A stretch of DNA of 63,594 nucleotides, filler included. It is 4 parts of 4 records of this genome, joined end to end, with 100 filler letters (N's around TTAATTAATTAA, not from the genome) between each part and the next. Parts side by side here need not be neighbours in the genome. Positions count along the whole stretch, not along the records: positions 1 to 7,935 come from DRR723986_3493; positions 8,036 to 39,946 come from DRR723986_3496; 2 more parts are not named here. One strand, given 5' to 3'. Of this stretch, positions 1-9,712 are shown in pieces. A program made the position numbers and the translations under genes. Position 1 is the stretch's first letter, and every line of letters begins with the position of its first letter. A model generated the notes under the pieces. The model was not told where the DNA came from. It saw only the letters and a program-made list of their open reading frames with translations, and searched no databases.

Positions 1-649
1 CGAAACCGGGTCCCCCACCCCCACCATCACACCTGCCATTTTTCAAAATCTCCCCACGCCGCGGCCTGCATGATCGCCGCGCCGACCGTACCTCTTATGC
101 ATCAGTATTTTTACCTGATTAGCTGAATCGTTCTCCTGTCGGGATTGCCCGACGGTTTAAGTGTTTTGCGCTGAACGCCTTTGCGCGGCCTTCACTGTTA
201 CAATGTGCGCCGGCGACGGCAGATGCACAAATGCTATTTGCTCAAGGGACTGTAATTGCGATTAAACGGCCTGAATTTCTGCATAATCGCCCAGGGGATT
301 TTGGCGTGAGCCTTAAAGCACAGCGGGAATTGGCTTGTGATTTTTGACTGTGCGACTGTTTTTGGGTTTTGAGGATTTGAGACCGGAGGCAGGCTGGGAG
401 TTTGGGAAGCGGAGTCCTGCGGCAAAAAGACTGAAGACTCAGCGGCCTGGGGTTTGGGGTGCGGTGACTAACAAGAAGATCAGGAAGCCTGAGATGCGAG
501 AGAAACGAGTCAGCTCAAAGCGCTCATGGACAGGTAGCAGGCGGCAGAGACTTTGTTTCAATATTGGGGATGTGAGGCCGAATTGGCCGCAAGGAAAGCG
601 GCCTGCCGCTAAACACATTTGCGTATCTACAATTACTGAGACTACAACT

Positions 650-1387
650 ATGCTCAATTTAGTCCAAAAGCAAACCCGAAACCTGGTGCAACTTTTACTG
701 CTGATGACACTTCCGCTGATGCTACCGGCATGCACACAGATGCCGGCATCTAGATCGCGAACAATGATACCGGTCGCGCTGGAAACACAGAATGGTCAAG
801 TGCAGAATAGTCAGGTGCAGAATGAGCAAGCGCAAAATTCAGCACGTGCCGGACGTAAAGTGATATGGAATGCAAGCCAGGAACTGCGTGTTAACAACAC
901 GGCTGAGGCGGCACAGGATATTGAAGCCAGCCTGACAGAGGCCGGCGGCTACATCCAGAGTTCGGTAAGCGGCGATGAGAATTTTGTGAAGTTGCAGGCA
1001 CGGATACCGGCGCAGGAATTGCGTGCTTTTTTGGACGAACTGGCGGCGAGTTACGAGGAGGAGGAGCGCGAGATTAAATCCGGCGATGTGACGCTGCAGT
1101 ATGTGGACCTGGATGCAAGATTAAAGAATTCGCGGACCTTACGAGACAGGCTGTTGAAACTGCTGGAAACGACGGACGTGCTGGACGAAATTCTGCGCGT
1201 GGAACAGGAATTGGCACGCGTGCAAACAACAGTAGACAAGCTGGAAGCTCAGATGCGATTGCTGGAGCAAAGTGTAGAACTGAGTAGCGTGGAAATACAT
1301 CTGCAGCGCAGCCGCGTGCAGGGACCAATTGTGCTGGCGTGGCATGGCGCCGGCTGGGTGCTTAGCAAACTGTTTTTCCTTGATTGA
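650..1387 (+). CDS. DUF4349 domain-containing lipoprotein
   Basis: Likely start is the ATG at 650 (ORF track starts at 344). Hydrophobic leader ends LPAC (lipobox-like). The body RKVIWNA..GGYIQSS..RIPA..DVTLQYVDLDARL..EILRVEQELARVQ has the DUF4349 pattern. Confidence 0.75.
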   Translation: MLNLVQKQTRNLVQLLLLMTLPLMLPACTQMPASRSRTMIPVALETQNGQVQNSQVQNEQAQNSARAGRKVIWNASQELRVNNTAEAAQDIEASLTEAGGYIQSSVSGDENFVKLQARIPAQELRAFLDELAASYEEEEREIKSGDVTLQYVDLDARLKNSRTLRDRLLKLLETTDVLDEILRVEQELARVQTTVDKLEAQMRLLEQSVELSSVEIHLQRSRVQGPIVLAWHGAGWVLSKLFFLD

Positions 1388-1749
1388 TTCTGTGGGCCCT
1401 CAAGACTGATACACATGCCGGCGCGGTCGATTATGACGCACAGCGCCTGAATGTGTGCCCGGCTCTTGTGTGTGTGTGGCGAGACAGCCGGTGACACTCT
1501 GCGGGTAGAATCCTGCAGCATCTGCACCGCGCGGAGCAAATACGTATTTCTACGCATGCGCGGGGATAGATGAAAACGTAAATTGAGGTTTCCGACTCCG
1601 AATGTATCGAATTGACTACGGCGGAGTTTTTGGGACCGGCGCCGGCACGTGACAGCCCGGGGCAAGAAGTGTAAGACAGATTGCAGACCGGCGGTTCGGG
1701 GCAAGACAGATTGGCCCAGCGGTTCCGGTGCAGAATGCGGGATTTGAGT

Positions 1750-3558
1750 ATGCAGCAGCGTAGATACAGCACTGATTCAATAAGCAACACTACTGTCGGC
1801 GGCTCGACTGTCAACTCTACAGCCGACTCAACAGTCAGCTCTACAGTCAGCTCTACAATCAGCTCTAAAGCGCGCGCTTCAGCGACTTCAGTGTGTCGTG
1901 ATTCTCAGGATGGAGGCACAACTGCGCCGTTTACCGTGGCCGGCGATCACGACCGCTTCAGCGAAATGCGCAGGCTTGACGACCTGGCCTGGAATGAGTT
2001 CGCGGCGGATGCAGAGATAGCTTACAGGAACGCCGGCCAGGCAATTGACCTTTGTGAGTCTTTGGGTGGCGGGCAATCGGTCCATCGCAGCCTGACGATC
2101 GTGGCGCGTATGTACGGCGCGCAGCATAAGCACAAAAAGGCACTGCACTTTTTGAACCGGGCATTGCCTTCGGCGCGCAGTAGCGAAGATTTCTATTGCC
2201 TGGAGATGATTTACAGGATCAAAGCCGAAGTGAGTGTGCGCCTGCAAGACCTGCCCGAGGCGCGCCGGAATATTGAGCTGTGCCGTGCAGTGATTCGGGC
2301 CCACGATATGAATCCGCTGGACATTGATATGATTCAGGCGCAGGTCCTGGTCTACGACAACAAGCTGGCCGCCGGGGTGGAGATTTGTGAGAAAGTTCTA
2401 CGCCAGGCCGAAGCTTCCAATCAACCGCAGCAGGCTGCCAGAGCAGCGACACATCTGACGGCACTGTACCGCATTGTCGGTGACTTTAACAAAGTGCGCA
2501 GCGTCGGCAAAATCGCGACGGAGTTAAACATTCAGGAAGGTTACATGAAAAACCAGATTGCGGTTTACATGAGCCTTGCGGAGAGTGCCATCCGGCGTGA
2601 TGATTACGAGCCGGCTGTAGAACTTTATGACAAGGCGCAGCGCATAGCGGAGACCAATGGAGTGCCTGCCGACCGGGCGATGGTCCTGCTAAACCGCTGT
2701 GCCATGTACCTACACCGCGAAGATTGCAAGTCAGCTGAAAAAGTACTCAACGCTGCACGGGTGATAGCGCAGGAACTGCGCGATAAATCGGTGGCGGCGG
2801 TGTTAATGATGGATGGGTTGATTGCGCTGAAACGCAAGGAATACACCACTGCCTGCAAACACTTTAATGCTTCCCTGGAAACTGAGATACTGATGTCCGA
2901 TTTTGACTGCTGGCAAGTGCACCTGGGGCTGGCGACGGCCTACGAACACTTAAACAAAGCGCAGGACGCACTGCGGCACCACAAAATTTACGTAGAACAG
3001 TTTGAACGCTCGCAGGGACATGGTGTGCAGCAACGGATTGCATTAATCGAGCGACGCTTTGAAAGCCAACGGACGCGGCATGCGAAGGAGCTGCTGCAGT
3101 GTAAAATAAGTGAACTGCATGCCGAAGTAGATGCGGCGAATGCGGAGCTTGCCGATTTGGCGCTGACGACGGCACAGAGAACAATTGGGCTGCAGAGCTT
3201 GCGCGAAAATATCAGCCATGAACTGGAGCGCGCGCCTAAAACTTCACAAGCGTTCCTGGAGGATCTGCGTGCATCGGTTGAAGGCCTGATGACGGAGCAG
3301 GAGTCGTGGCAGCCGTTTAACGAACAGTTTAACAAAGTCCATTCAGGTTTTGCAAACCGGCTGGCACAGCGACACCCGAACCTCTCCCCCAGTGAGATGC
3401 ACATCTGCGCTCTGATGCTTGTGGGGCTGCGCTCAAAAGACATTGCCGGAATTCTACACGTTTCACTGCATACGGTTAACACACATCGCCAGAATATTCG
3501 GCGTAAGATGAAGTTGCCGCGCGGTGGCAACCTGGGCAACTATTTGACGGGGCTCTAA
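1750..3558 (+). CDS. TPR-repeat LuxR-family (HTH) transcriptional regulator
   Basis: Helical TPR-like repeats, then a coiled coil, then a C-terminal LuxR HTH (LSPSEMHICALMLVGLRSKDIAGILHVSLHTVNTHRQNIRRKM). Start uncertain (1681, 1750 or 1966). Confidence 0.85.
   Translation: MQQRRYSTDSISNTTVGGSTVNSTADSTVSSTVSSTISSKARASATSVCRDSQDGGTTAPFTVAGDHDRFSEMRRLDDLAWNEFAADAEIAYRNAGQAIDLCESLGGGQSVHRSLTIVARMYGAQHKHKKALHFLNRALPSARSSEDFYCLEMIYRIKAEVSVRLQDLPEARRNIELCRAVIRAHDMNPLDIDMIQAQVLVYDNKLAAGVEICEKVLRQAEASNQPQQAARAATHLTALYRIVGDFNKVRSVGKIATELNIQEGYMKNQIAVYMSLAESAIRRDDYEPAVELYDKAQRIAETNGVPADRAMVLLNRCAMYLHREDCKSAEKVLNAARVIAQELRDKSVAAVLMMDGLIALKRKEYTTACKHFNASLETEILMSDFDCWQVHLGLATAYEHLNKAQDALRHHKIYVEQFERSQGHGVQQRIALIERRFESQRTRHAKELLQCKISELHAEVDAANAELADLALTTAQRTIGLQSLRENISHELERAPKTSQAFLEDLRASVEGLMTEQESWQPFNEQFNKVHSGFANRLAQRHPNLSPSEMHICALMLVGLRSKDIAGILHVSLHTVNTHRQNIRRKMKLPRGGNLGNYLTGL
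1804..1863 (+). repeat. 12-bp degenerate tandem repeat x5 (TCTACAGTCAGC-like), encoding STVN-STAD-STVS-STVS-STIS
   Basis: Read directly: tcgactgtcaac tctacagccgac tcaacagtcagc tctacagtcagc tctacaatcagc. Confidence 0.7.
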
Positions 3559-3654
3559 GACGGCAGAAGCTCTCTCTTAAACATATGTGTTACAGGCTCA
3601 TTTATTCAGGCCCTACCCTGATTCTGCCAACTGAAGATCTGCGCTTAACAAGCC

Positions 3655-3698
3655 AATAAAAACGGCGCTCCAGGCAAGTACAACCACAGAGCGCCGTT
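3655..3698 (-). terminator. Probable intrinsic terminator between convergent genes
   Basis: 10-bp stem AACGGCGCTC/GAGCGCCGTT with an 18-nt loop and an A-rich run on the left (U-tail on the minus strand). Confidence 0.5.
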
Positions 3699-3763
3699 GC
3701 GGAGAATTAACTCCGGGCAGTCCACACACAACATCATCCAGTTAAGGCCGGTGGCTGCGTTCC

Positions 3764-5362
3764 CTAAGGATCAATGCGCATCAGCGGCTGCGCCTGACAG
3801 TCTCCATCCACACAAATGTTAAGTATGTAGACTGCGGGCGGTAAATCTGAAGCATTAAGGCTGAGTGAATGCCGGCCATGGCGACGCCAGGACGGCGCCA
3901 TGAGTTCTACAAGTCTGCGGCCATGAACATCGTACACAGCGGCGGAGACCTGCGCACTGCGTTCCAGGCGGAACTGAATCTGTGTTTGCTCTGCAAAAGG
4001 CTGCGGCGCGATGCTAACATCCAACACATTGGCCTGAGACTGTGCGTGCGGGCTTGTGGCCTGTGGCTCTGCGTCTGAGGGGTTTGAGTTCACAAACGCG
4101 CGTTTACCCAGCGGCAGGGTTTGTTCAACAAAGATATGAACATCAGCGCCTTCGGCATCAAAACCCGGCTCCAGCACAACTTCGGTACGGGCGCGTAACT
4201 CAATTGTGTTTCCGGTTTCAACAAAAAATGGCGCATAGGGTGCGGCACCATGCGCGATTAAGCGCGAAGTGCTAACGTAGTTGTAATTGCCGATGTGTTC
4301 GCCAAAAACAAAAAAATCCTGTCCGGGAGTTAATCCAGGAAGAACAAGATCGGCGCGATAATCATCTAGTAAGGCGTTCATGCGGTCGGACTGATCATTA
4401 GTAAACATATTGCGGCAGACGTCATCTGTATAATCCATATAATTTTCAGTCTGCGTTGCCCTGTTGCAGCGCTCCTGAGAGCTGGGACAGCCGTAGGTCG
4501 CTTCATTCGACTTGGGTGTGTCACAGCATTTGTCACCCTGCTTGGAACACCGGAGAACCGAAATACAATTACCTTCAAAAGTGTGCAGAAGGTCCAGATG
4601 ATGTCCGACTTCATGTGTACCATTACGTCCGAAAACGCGCGGGGCCTGCGCTGTTCCAACATTATCTCCAAAGGCCTCGTAATCAACGACCACAACATCG
4701 CGGTTTTCATTCAGCTGATATATTCCCACTCCGCGTGAAAAGCCGGTCAGGTTCTGAGGGAGATCACAGACAATGATGTTTAAGTAACGCGAGACATTCC
4801 AGGGATCAACACCACCCTCCGAGGCCTGATCCGGACTTGGGTTGGCCGCCTCAAATGTTGTCACGCTGGTCGCAACGCGATTGATTCCAGTCGTTGGATT
4901 ACCATCTGGGTCTGTGTCCGTTAAGCGGAATTCGAGACAAATGTCGGCACCGTCGGGATGCGTATTAAACCCCAGAGTTCCCGGAATACGCCGAAAGTCC
5001 TCATTCAGCACATTGAGTTGTGAGAGAATCTGCGAATCAGTGATATTCTCATCGGCATTTTCAAAAAGAACGTGAAAAACCACTGGAATGTAACGGACAT
5101 TGTTGCCGCTGCGCATCCCGGAGCCGCCCATCTTGGCTTGCTTGCGCAAAGCGATGCTGTTTTGCAAAGACTCTTCATGGAGGTCGAGGCGGTCCTGTAG
5201 CGTCGGGTCGGCTTTCAGCGCAGCTTCGCGAATTGCGCTATGGCCGCATTCATCGGCGCTAGCCGAGCTTGGGACAGCAATCAGCAAACAAACGGCACTT
5301 AACAAAAGTGGCACAAGTGCGCGGCCTACCAGACGGCAGGCATGGCATTCTAGGTTAAACAT
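3764..5362 (-). CDS. M43 (pappalysin/ulilysin-like) zinc metalloprotease with T9SS type A C-terminal sorting domain
   Basis: Signal peptide; Cys-switch-like ECG in the prodomain; IPVVFHV; zinc motif HEVGHHLDLLH; Met-turn NYMDY; C-terminal IAPQPF..VYDVHGR..LPPAVYIL. ATG at 5362 has GGAGG upstream. Confidence 0.9.
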   Translation of the reverse strand: MFNLECHACRLVGRALVPLLLSAVCLLIAVPSSASADECGHSAIREAALKADPTLQDRLDLHEESLQNSIALRKQAKMGGSGMRSGNNVRYIPVVFHVLFENADENITDSQILSQLNVLNEDFRRIPGTLGFNTHPDGADICLEFRLTDTDPDGNPTTGINRVATSVTTFEAANPSPDQASEGGVDPWNVSRYLNIIVCDLPQNLTGFSRGVGIYQLNENRDVVVVDYEAFGDNVGTAQAPRVFGRNGTHEVGHHLDLLHTFEGNCISVLRCSKQGDKCCDTPKSNEATYGCPSSQERCNRATQTENYMDYTDDVCRNMFTNDQSDRMNALLDDYRADLVLPGLTPGQDFFVFGEHIGNYNYVSTSRLIAHGAAPYAPFFVETGNTIELRARTEVVLEPGFDAEGADVHIFVEQTLPLGKRAFVNSNPSDAEPQATSPHAQSQANVLDVSIAPQPFAEQTQIQFRLERSAQVSAAVYDVHGRRLVELMAPSWRRHGRHSLSLNASDLPPAVYILNICVDGDCQAQPLMRIDP

Positions 5363-5372
5363 GTAAACCTCC

Positions 5373-6854
5373 CTACTGTTTTGCGCCTTGGTGGGCGGCA
5401 GGCGAAACAATATGCGCACGCAGCTGGTTTAACTCGCTGCGCAGCTCACGGTTCTCGGCATTCAGGTCGATCATGTAGAGCGTCATTTCTTCGATCTTTT
5501 CCATCATTCGCTTCGTCATGTCTGCCACGTTAATCCCTTCGGCTTCAACCTGCACGGCTGGTGGGATATTTGGCAGGTGCTGATGTTGTTCTATGAACTC
5601 AGCGACTTTTTCAATCGGCATTAAATCGTAATCATCAGCAAATACATAATCACACCAGCCGCCGTCCAGGTTAACACGTACGGTGCAGGCGCGCATCGTG
5701 CCGGCCACGTCCAGTGCAAATGCAGGTGAGGATGTGCCAACACCCAGGCGTTGGTTAACTGTCACAATTCCATTCTTGCGAATTGAGAGGTGTTCGTCCC
5801 AGGAGTTTGTTCCGGTTTTGTGCAGGAAAAATATTCCGCCGTTGCCTTCACCGGCAACAAAACTAAGGCGCCCCGACTGCGTGGCATGGTTGGGGCCGTA
5901 CATGCGTATGTAGCCGCCATCGGTATAACTCTGGTTGGCGTGAATCCCAAAGATATCGTTGTTTGCCTGGCCCTGAATATCGCCTTTAATATTGAGGTTT
6001 CGCTCAGCATTTAAGTCAAACTGGACATTAACACTTCCAAGGGCGTTCAAATCGGTTAAGGTGGAAATACTACCGGAGGCAGCGACATTCCCATGGACTT
6101 CAAGTTTGTTGTTAACTCCGGGTGAGAGCGTTCCAATTCCAACGCGGCCGTCTTCGCGTACTACAAACTTGCTTGAGGAATTCGGCATTTCACCGTGAAC
6201 AACAAATCGCCCACCGTCCGGCTGCACATTAAGTGTTGCTGTCTGCCCGTTGTTACGCGCCATAATTTCATTTTCGTCCATTACAAGGTTGGCATTACCT
6301 GGAGCACCTATCATGAGGGCGCCATCGGCAGGGCCTGCCAGAGTGGCTTCGTTTCCACCGGCGACGTGTAACAGTACTCTGGGGTTAACAGGACCAATCC
6401 CAACATTACCGGCCGAATTTATCGTGAGGCGTGTGTAGTCCAAGCCGCTGACAAAGTCGTGCTGTCCGATGGAAAAGACATCGCTTGCTGAGGCGCGTAA
6501 ACTCCAGCGACCTTCCTGCGTGGGAAAGTTGCTACGGCGTGCTTCGAGGAGGATACTTGTATACAGCGGAAACTCCGGGTCCGAGTAGCCCTGGCGATAG
6601 AGGTGCAGGGGGGCCTGTGGGGCTGTAAGTCCAATTCCCAACTGGCCGTCGGTATCAACTCGCATCTGTTCGGTTCCGCCGGTTATTATACGCAGGTCGG
6701 CACTGTTAGTGGTCCCAAGTACATCTCCTGTCCCCACACTATTGCCGCCCAGTTCCCAGTCCTGCGAGTTGGCACTGACGCTACACAGCAGGAGTAATGC
6801 CCACAGCCCAAACATACGTCCAGGCTTACATCGACCATTCTGATTTCTTCGCAT
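5373..6854 (-). CDS. Secreted tail-fibre-like protein (VGIGT repeats; C-terminal chaperone-like/coiled-coil domain)
   Basis: Signal peptide; four G-x-[VL]-G-[IV]-G repeats (GQLGIG, GNVGIG, GRVGIGT, QRLGVGT); C-terminal WCDYVF..HLPNIP..KIEEMTLY..EN coiled coil typical of FCB 'tail fiber domain' proteins. Confidence 0.8.
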   Translation of the reverse strand: MRRNQNGRCKPGRMFGLWALLLLCSVSANSQDWELGGNSVGTGDVLGTTNSADLRIITGGTEQMRVDTDGQLGIGLTAPQAPLHLYRQGYSDPEFPLYTSILLEARRSNFPTQEGRWSLRASASDVFSIGQHDFVSGLDYTRLTINSAGNVGIGPVNPRVLLHVAGGNEATLAGPADGALMIGAPGNANLVMDENEIMARNNGQTATLNVQPDGGRFVVHGEMPNSSSKFVVREDGRVGIGTLSPGVNNKLEVHGNVAASGSISTLTDLNALGSVNVQFDLNAERNLNIKGDIQGQANNDIFGIHANQSYTDGGYIRMYGPNHATQSGRLSFVAGEGNGGIFFLHKTGTNSWDEHLSIRKNGIVTVNQRLGVGTSSPAFALDVAGTMRACTVRVNLDGGWCDYVFADDYDLMPIEKVAEFIEQHQHLPNIPPAVQVEAEGINVADMTKRMMEKIEEMTLYMIDLNAENRELRSELNQLRAHIVSPAAHQGAKQ

Positions 6855-7076
6855 TTTCTTAGTCCCTAAAGTTAAGATTTAGCATGCATGCAATCTGAAT
6901 GGCCGGCAGTAGACTTTCAGCAAAGCGATACACTCTTAAAAGCTATTTTGATAATAACCTTGCGCGGGTACAAACACTTCTTTCTGTAAATCAGTAAAAA
7001 ATCATTAGGTTGGGGAAGTCGGTGGCATGGGGCCGGACAAGCACAGTAAACAAGTATAAATCGGTGGAATTCAGCT

Positions 7077-7730
7077 ATGCAGAAACAGCACATCTTTGAA
7101 TACGAAGGCAAAAATATTACGGTTAGGTACGATGTTAAACGCTGCATTCACGCCAAAGAATGTGTGCATGGCCTGCCGGAAGTGTTCGACCCCCAAAAAC
7201 GCCCCTGGATTGAACCCGACCAGGCTGAAGCTGATCAGCTGGCAGACGTGGTATTACGCTGTCCTACCGGCGCGCTGCACTATTCGCGTAAAGACGAAGG
7301 TCCAGCCGAATCCTGGCCGGCAACAAACCGCGCTGAACTGGCAGAAGACGGCCCGCTGTACATCTCCGGCACCCTGCAATTGTTTACTGCGGAATCTGAA
7401 CTGCTGATGCAGGAATCGCGTGTGGCACTGTGCCGCTGCGGCAAGTCTGCCAATAAACCATTCTGCGACAATGCACATCAAAAGGCTGAATTCAAAGACG
7501 ACGGATTGCTGGGTGAAGCTGCCGAGAGTGACATTAAGCAGACAGGCAAACTTGAGCTAACCCTGTTAACAAATGGACCGATTTTGGCACGTGGTGGCAT
7601 GGTACTCCACAGCGCCGATGGCACGCAGCTTACAAGACACGAAAAAGCAGCTTTTTGCCGTTGTGGTGCTTCCAAAAACAAACCCTATTGTGATGGTTCA
7701 CATGTGGCAATCCAGTTTGAGGCCGACTGA
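7077..7730 (+). CDS. Fe-S protein: divergent 4Fe-4S (YjdI-like) domain plus two CDGSH domains
   Basis: CIHAKECV..WIEPD..CPTGAL, followed by CRCGKSANKPFCDNAH and CRCGASKNKPYCDGSH. Confidence 0.9.
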   Translation: MQKQHIFEYEGKNITVRYDVKRCIHAKECVHGLPEVFDPQKRPWIEPDQAEADQLADVVLRCPTGALHYSRKDEGPAESWPATNRAELAEDGPLYISGTLQLFTAESELLMQESRVALCRCGKSANKPFCDNAHQKAEFKDDGLLGEAAESDIKQTGKLELTLLTNGPILARGGMVLHSADGTQLTRHEKAAFCRCGASKNKPYCDGSHVAIQFEAD

Positions 7731-7935
7731 CAGTTAACAATCCGGCACGTGAGGATTAGCTCCGGCGGCTACCTGGAAAACAATTCCGTTTTAAAAGGCC
7801 GCTTTTGTTTGTAGGTGTTGCATCAGTCCATATCCGATCAGATAATCGTTTATTCTTATTGCCACAAATAAATGAGCCCACACAGTTAAGAACTGTGTGG
7901 GCTCCAGTGCCTGGTCGCACCATCATTACAGCCAT

Positions 7936-8035
7936 NNNNNNNNNNNNNNNNNNNNNNNNNNNNNNNNNNNNNNNNNNNNTTAATTAATTAANNNNNNNNN
8001 NNNNNNNNNNNNNNNNNNNNNNNNNNNNNNNNNNN
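7936..8035. other. Artificial contig linker
   Basis: 44 N + TTAATTAATTAA (stops in all six frames) + 44 N. Confidence 0.98.
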
Positions 8036-8060
8036 GGGTCGAGCCCTAAGGGCTCGACCC
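8036..8060. repeat. REP-like perfect hairpin (11-bp stem, TAA loop)
   Basis: GGGTCGAGCCC-TAA-GGGCTCGACCC; shares the AGCCCTAAGGGCT core with 53714-53738. Confidence 0.7.
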
Positions 8061-8463
8061 GGGTGATTTTTTTCTGAGACTCAAATCCCAGAGCGTTAAT
8101 TCCAAAATCCAGCCCGCATCCACAGAATCTCAATCCGCTAAACCCAATTGCCTTGAATTTTACAAAAACCTGAGAAGTTGGAGAAATCCCGTAGATGTTA
8201 TCCAAACTTAGGTGCGGTCAATCGCCTCGGAATCACCAAAAATGGATCGTCAATCATCGTCAGAACGTCCCTGGGTGTGACACCCGACATGCGAAGCTCA
8301 AGCCAAAAGTCTCCAAGTCTGAAGGCATTGTGGCTCCAGATTCAGTGCCAAACAAAACAATCAAAAAGCAAGCCTGAGCAAAGCAAAAGGCGCTGCAATC
8401 TGTGCTGGTATATGATGCAAAATCGCTGATTAACAGTACGCGATATTTGTGGCTGCGCTCGCG

Positions 8464-8925
8464 CTAAAAACGCTTGAACTCGGCCGGAATGAGCTTGGCC
8501 AGAACCCGCGGATTAATATAAATCTGGAGGCCGCGCAAACCGCCGCTGACGCTGATTTCGTCGTACTCCAGCGCACGTTCGTCAATAAAACAAGGCAGCG
8601 TCTTTTTCATCGCCAAAGGTGAGCAGCCGCCATGCTGGTAGCCAGTTAAACCCAGCAACTGTTTAAGTGCTAACATGCTACAGGATTTATTGCCGCTGGC
8701 GCGTGCCGCGCTTTTAAGATCAAGCCTCGCGTCACCTGGAATCACGACCACAAAATGTTTAAGTTGTGTGCCGCTTAACACCAGTGTCTTAAACATTCGC
8801 TGTGGCTCTATGTTAAGTTTGTGAGCCACGCTGATCGCATCAAGTGAATCCTCGTCCCACTCGTACGTATGCGCTGAATAGTCTGCGCCGGCTTTGTCCA
8901 GTAAACGCATGGCATTCGTTTTCAT
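8464..8925 (-). CDS. ybaK: Cys-tRNA(Pro) deacylase YbaK
   Basis: MKTNAMRLLD..FKTLV..LDLK..TGYQHGGCSPL..VSGGLRGLQI. The start overlaps the upstream stop (ATGA). Confidence 0.92.
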   Translation of the reverse strand: MKTNAMRLLDKAGADYSAHTYEWDEDSLDAISVAHKLNIEPQRMFKTLVLSGTQLKHFVVVIPGDARLDLKSAARASGNKSCSMLALKQLLGLTGYQHGGCSPLAMKKTLPCFIDERALEYDEISVSGGLRGLQIYINPRVLAKLIPAEFKRF

Positions 8926-9701
8926 GCTTCGGCCTCATCCATGAAGTTGCGAATCTCCAGGCCGTCAAGAGGGTGTTGGTGCTCCAGTGAAAAGTTTTGG
9001 GAGTCATATGTTAACCAGCCTTTTTGCCAGTCAAAATATTCGCTGGCGGCGAACCCTTTTTTGTAGTCGTAATACGAGTCGGCTGAATGTGCATACCCCA
9101 GGTAAAGGAACTCGTAGTTGTTCTGTTGAGCATGTTCAATCTCGCGCAGCAGAGTAAATATCCCGAGACTGCGACGTGCTTCGGCGGGTTCGAACATTGC
9201 GTAAATGCTGGAAAGTGCGGAGTTGCCCTGCGAAATAAAACTAACGGCGAGCAGCGTGGATTCCTGATAAACACAACATTCCAATGTGCGGCAGGGCTGG
9301 AAATGCGCCTGGCGTGAGAGAAAGTCGCTGAGTTGTTCGGGCCGGTTTTCGTTAAATCGTTCGGCATGCCGTGCGAATATTTCATTTTTTAACGCGCTGT
9401 GCTGTGCCTCACCAAATTCAAAGTGCAGGTCTGAATTGCGCCGCAAAATGCGCTGCTGGCTACGCGAAGGTTTAAAGTCCGCCACGCGTACACGCAAAGG
9501 AACAACCATGCGGAGCTGGGTGCCCACAACATTAAACATGTCGCGGAAAAACGTCGTGCCATGATGGCGCCAGGCATCGGCCAGCAACGCGTCCAGCATA
9601 TCCGGCGATACACGACTGCACTCAAAACGACGAAAAAACTCCGTAGTGATGTTATCGTGCTGAAAAGATTTGTTAAACCACTCTGCGGCATTCATTGCCA
9701 C
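8922..9701 (-). CDS. Arginyl-tRNA--protein transferase family (ATE/Bpt-like) aminoacyl transferase
   Basis: WRHHG..PLRVRVADFKPSRSQQRILRRNSDL..SSIYAMFEP..RSLGIFTLLREIE..YLGY..YDYK, matching the ATE_N/ATE_C pattern. AGGAG lies before the GTG start. Confidence 0.85.
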   Translation of the reverse strand: MAMNAAEWFNKSFQHDNITTEFFRRFECSRVSPDMLDALLADAWRHHGTTFFRDMFNVVGTQLRMVVPLRVRVADFKPSRSQQRILRRNSDLHFEFGEAQHSALKNEIFARHAERFNENRPEQLSDFLSRQAHFQPCRTLECCVYQESTLLAVSFISQGNSALSSIYAMFEPAEARRSLGIFTLLREIEHAQQNNYEFLYLGYAHSADSYYDYKKGFAASEYFDWQKGWLTYDSQNFSLEHQHPLDGLEIRNFMDEAEA

Positions 9702-9712
9702 ATTCTCCTGAA

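Noticed and set aside
344-649. Long N-terminal extensions in the ORF track (also at 23610-23729, 38314-38607, 38316-38459)
   Set aside because: Downstream ATGs give proper signal peptides or family-typical starts; the extensions look non-coding or overlap other genes.
5373-6854. Tail-fibre-like gene as evidence of a prophage
   Set aside because: It has a Sec signal peptide and there are no capsid, terminase, tail or integrase genes nearby.
7936-8035. TTAATTAATTAA flanked by N runs (also 39947-40046 and 53614-53713) as a biological repeat
   Set aside because: Identical 100-bp scaffolding linker with six-frame stops; an artefact. Gene adjacency across these gaps was not interpreted.
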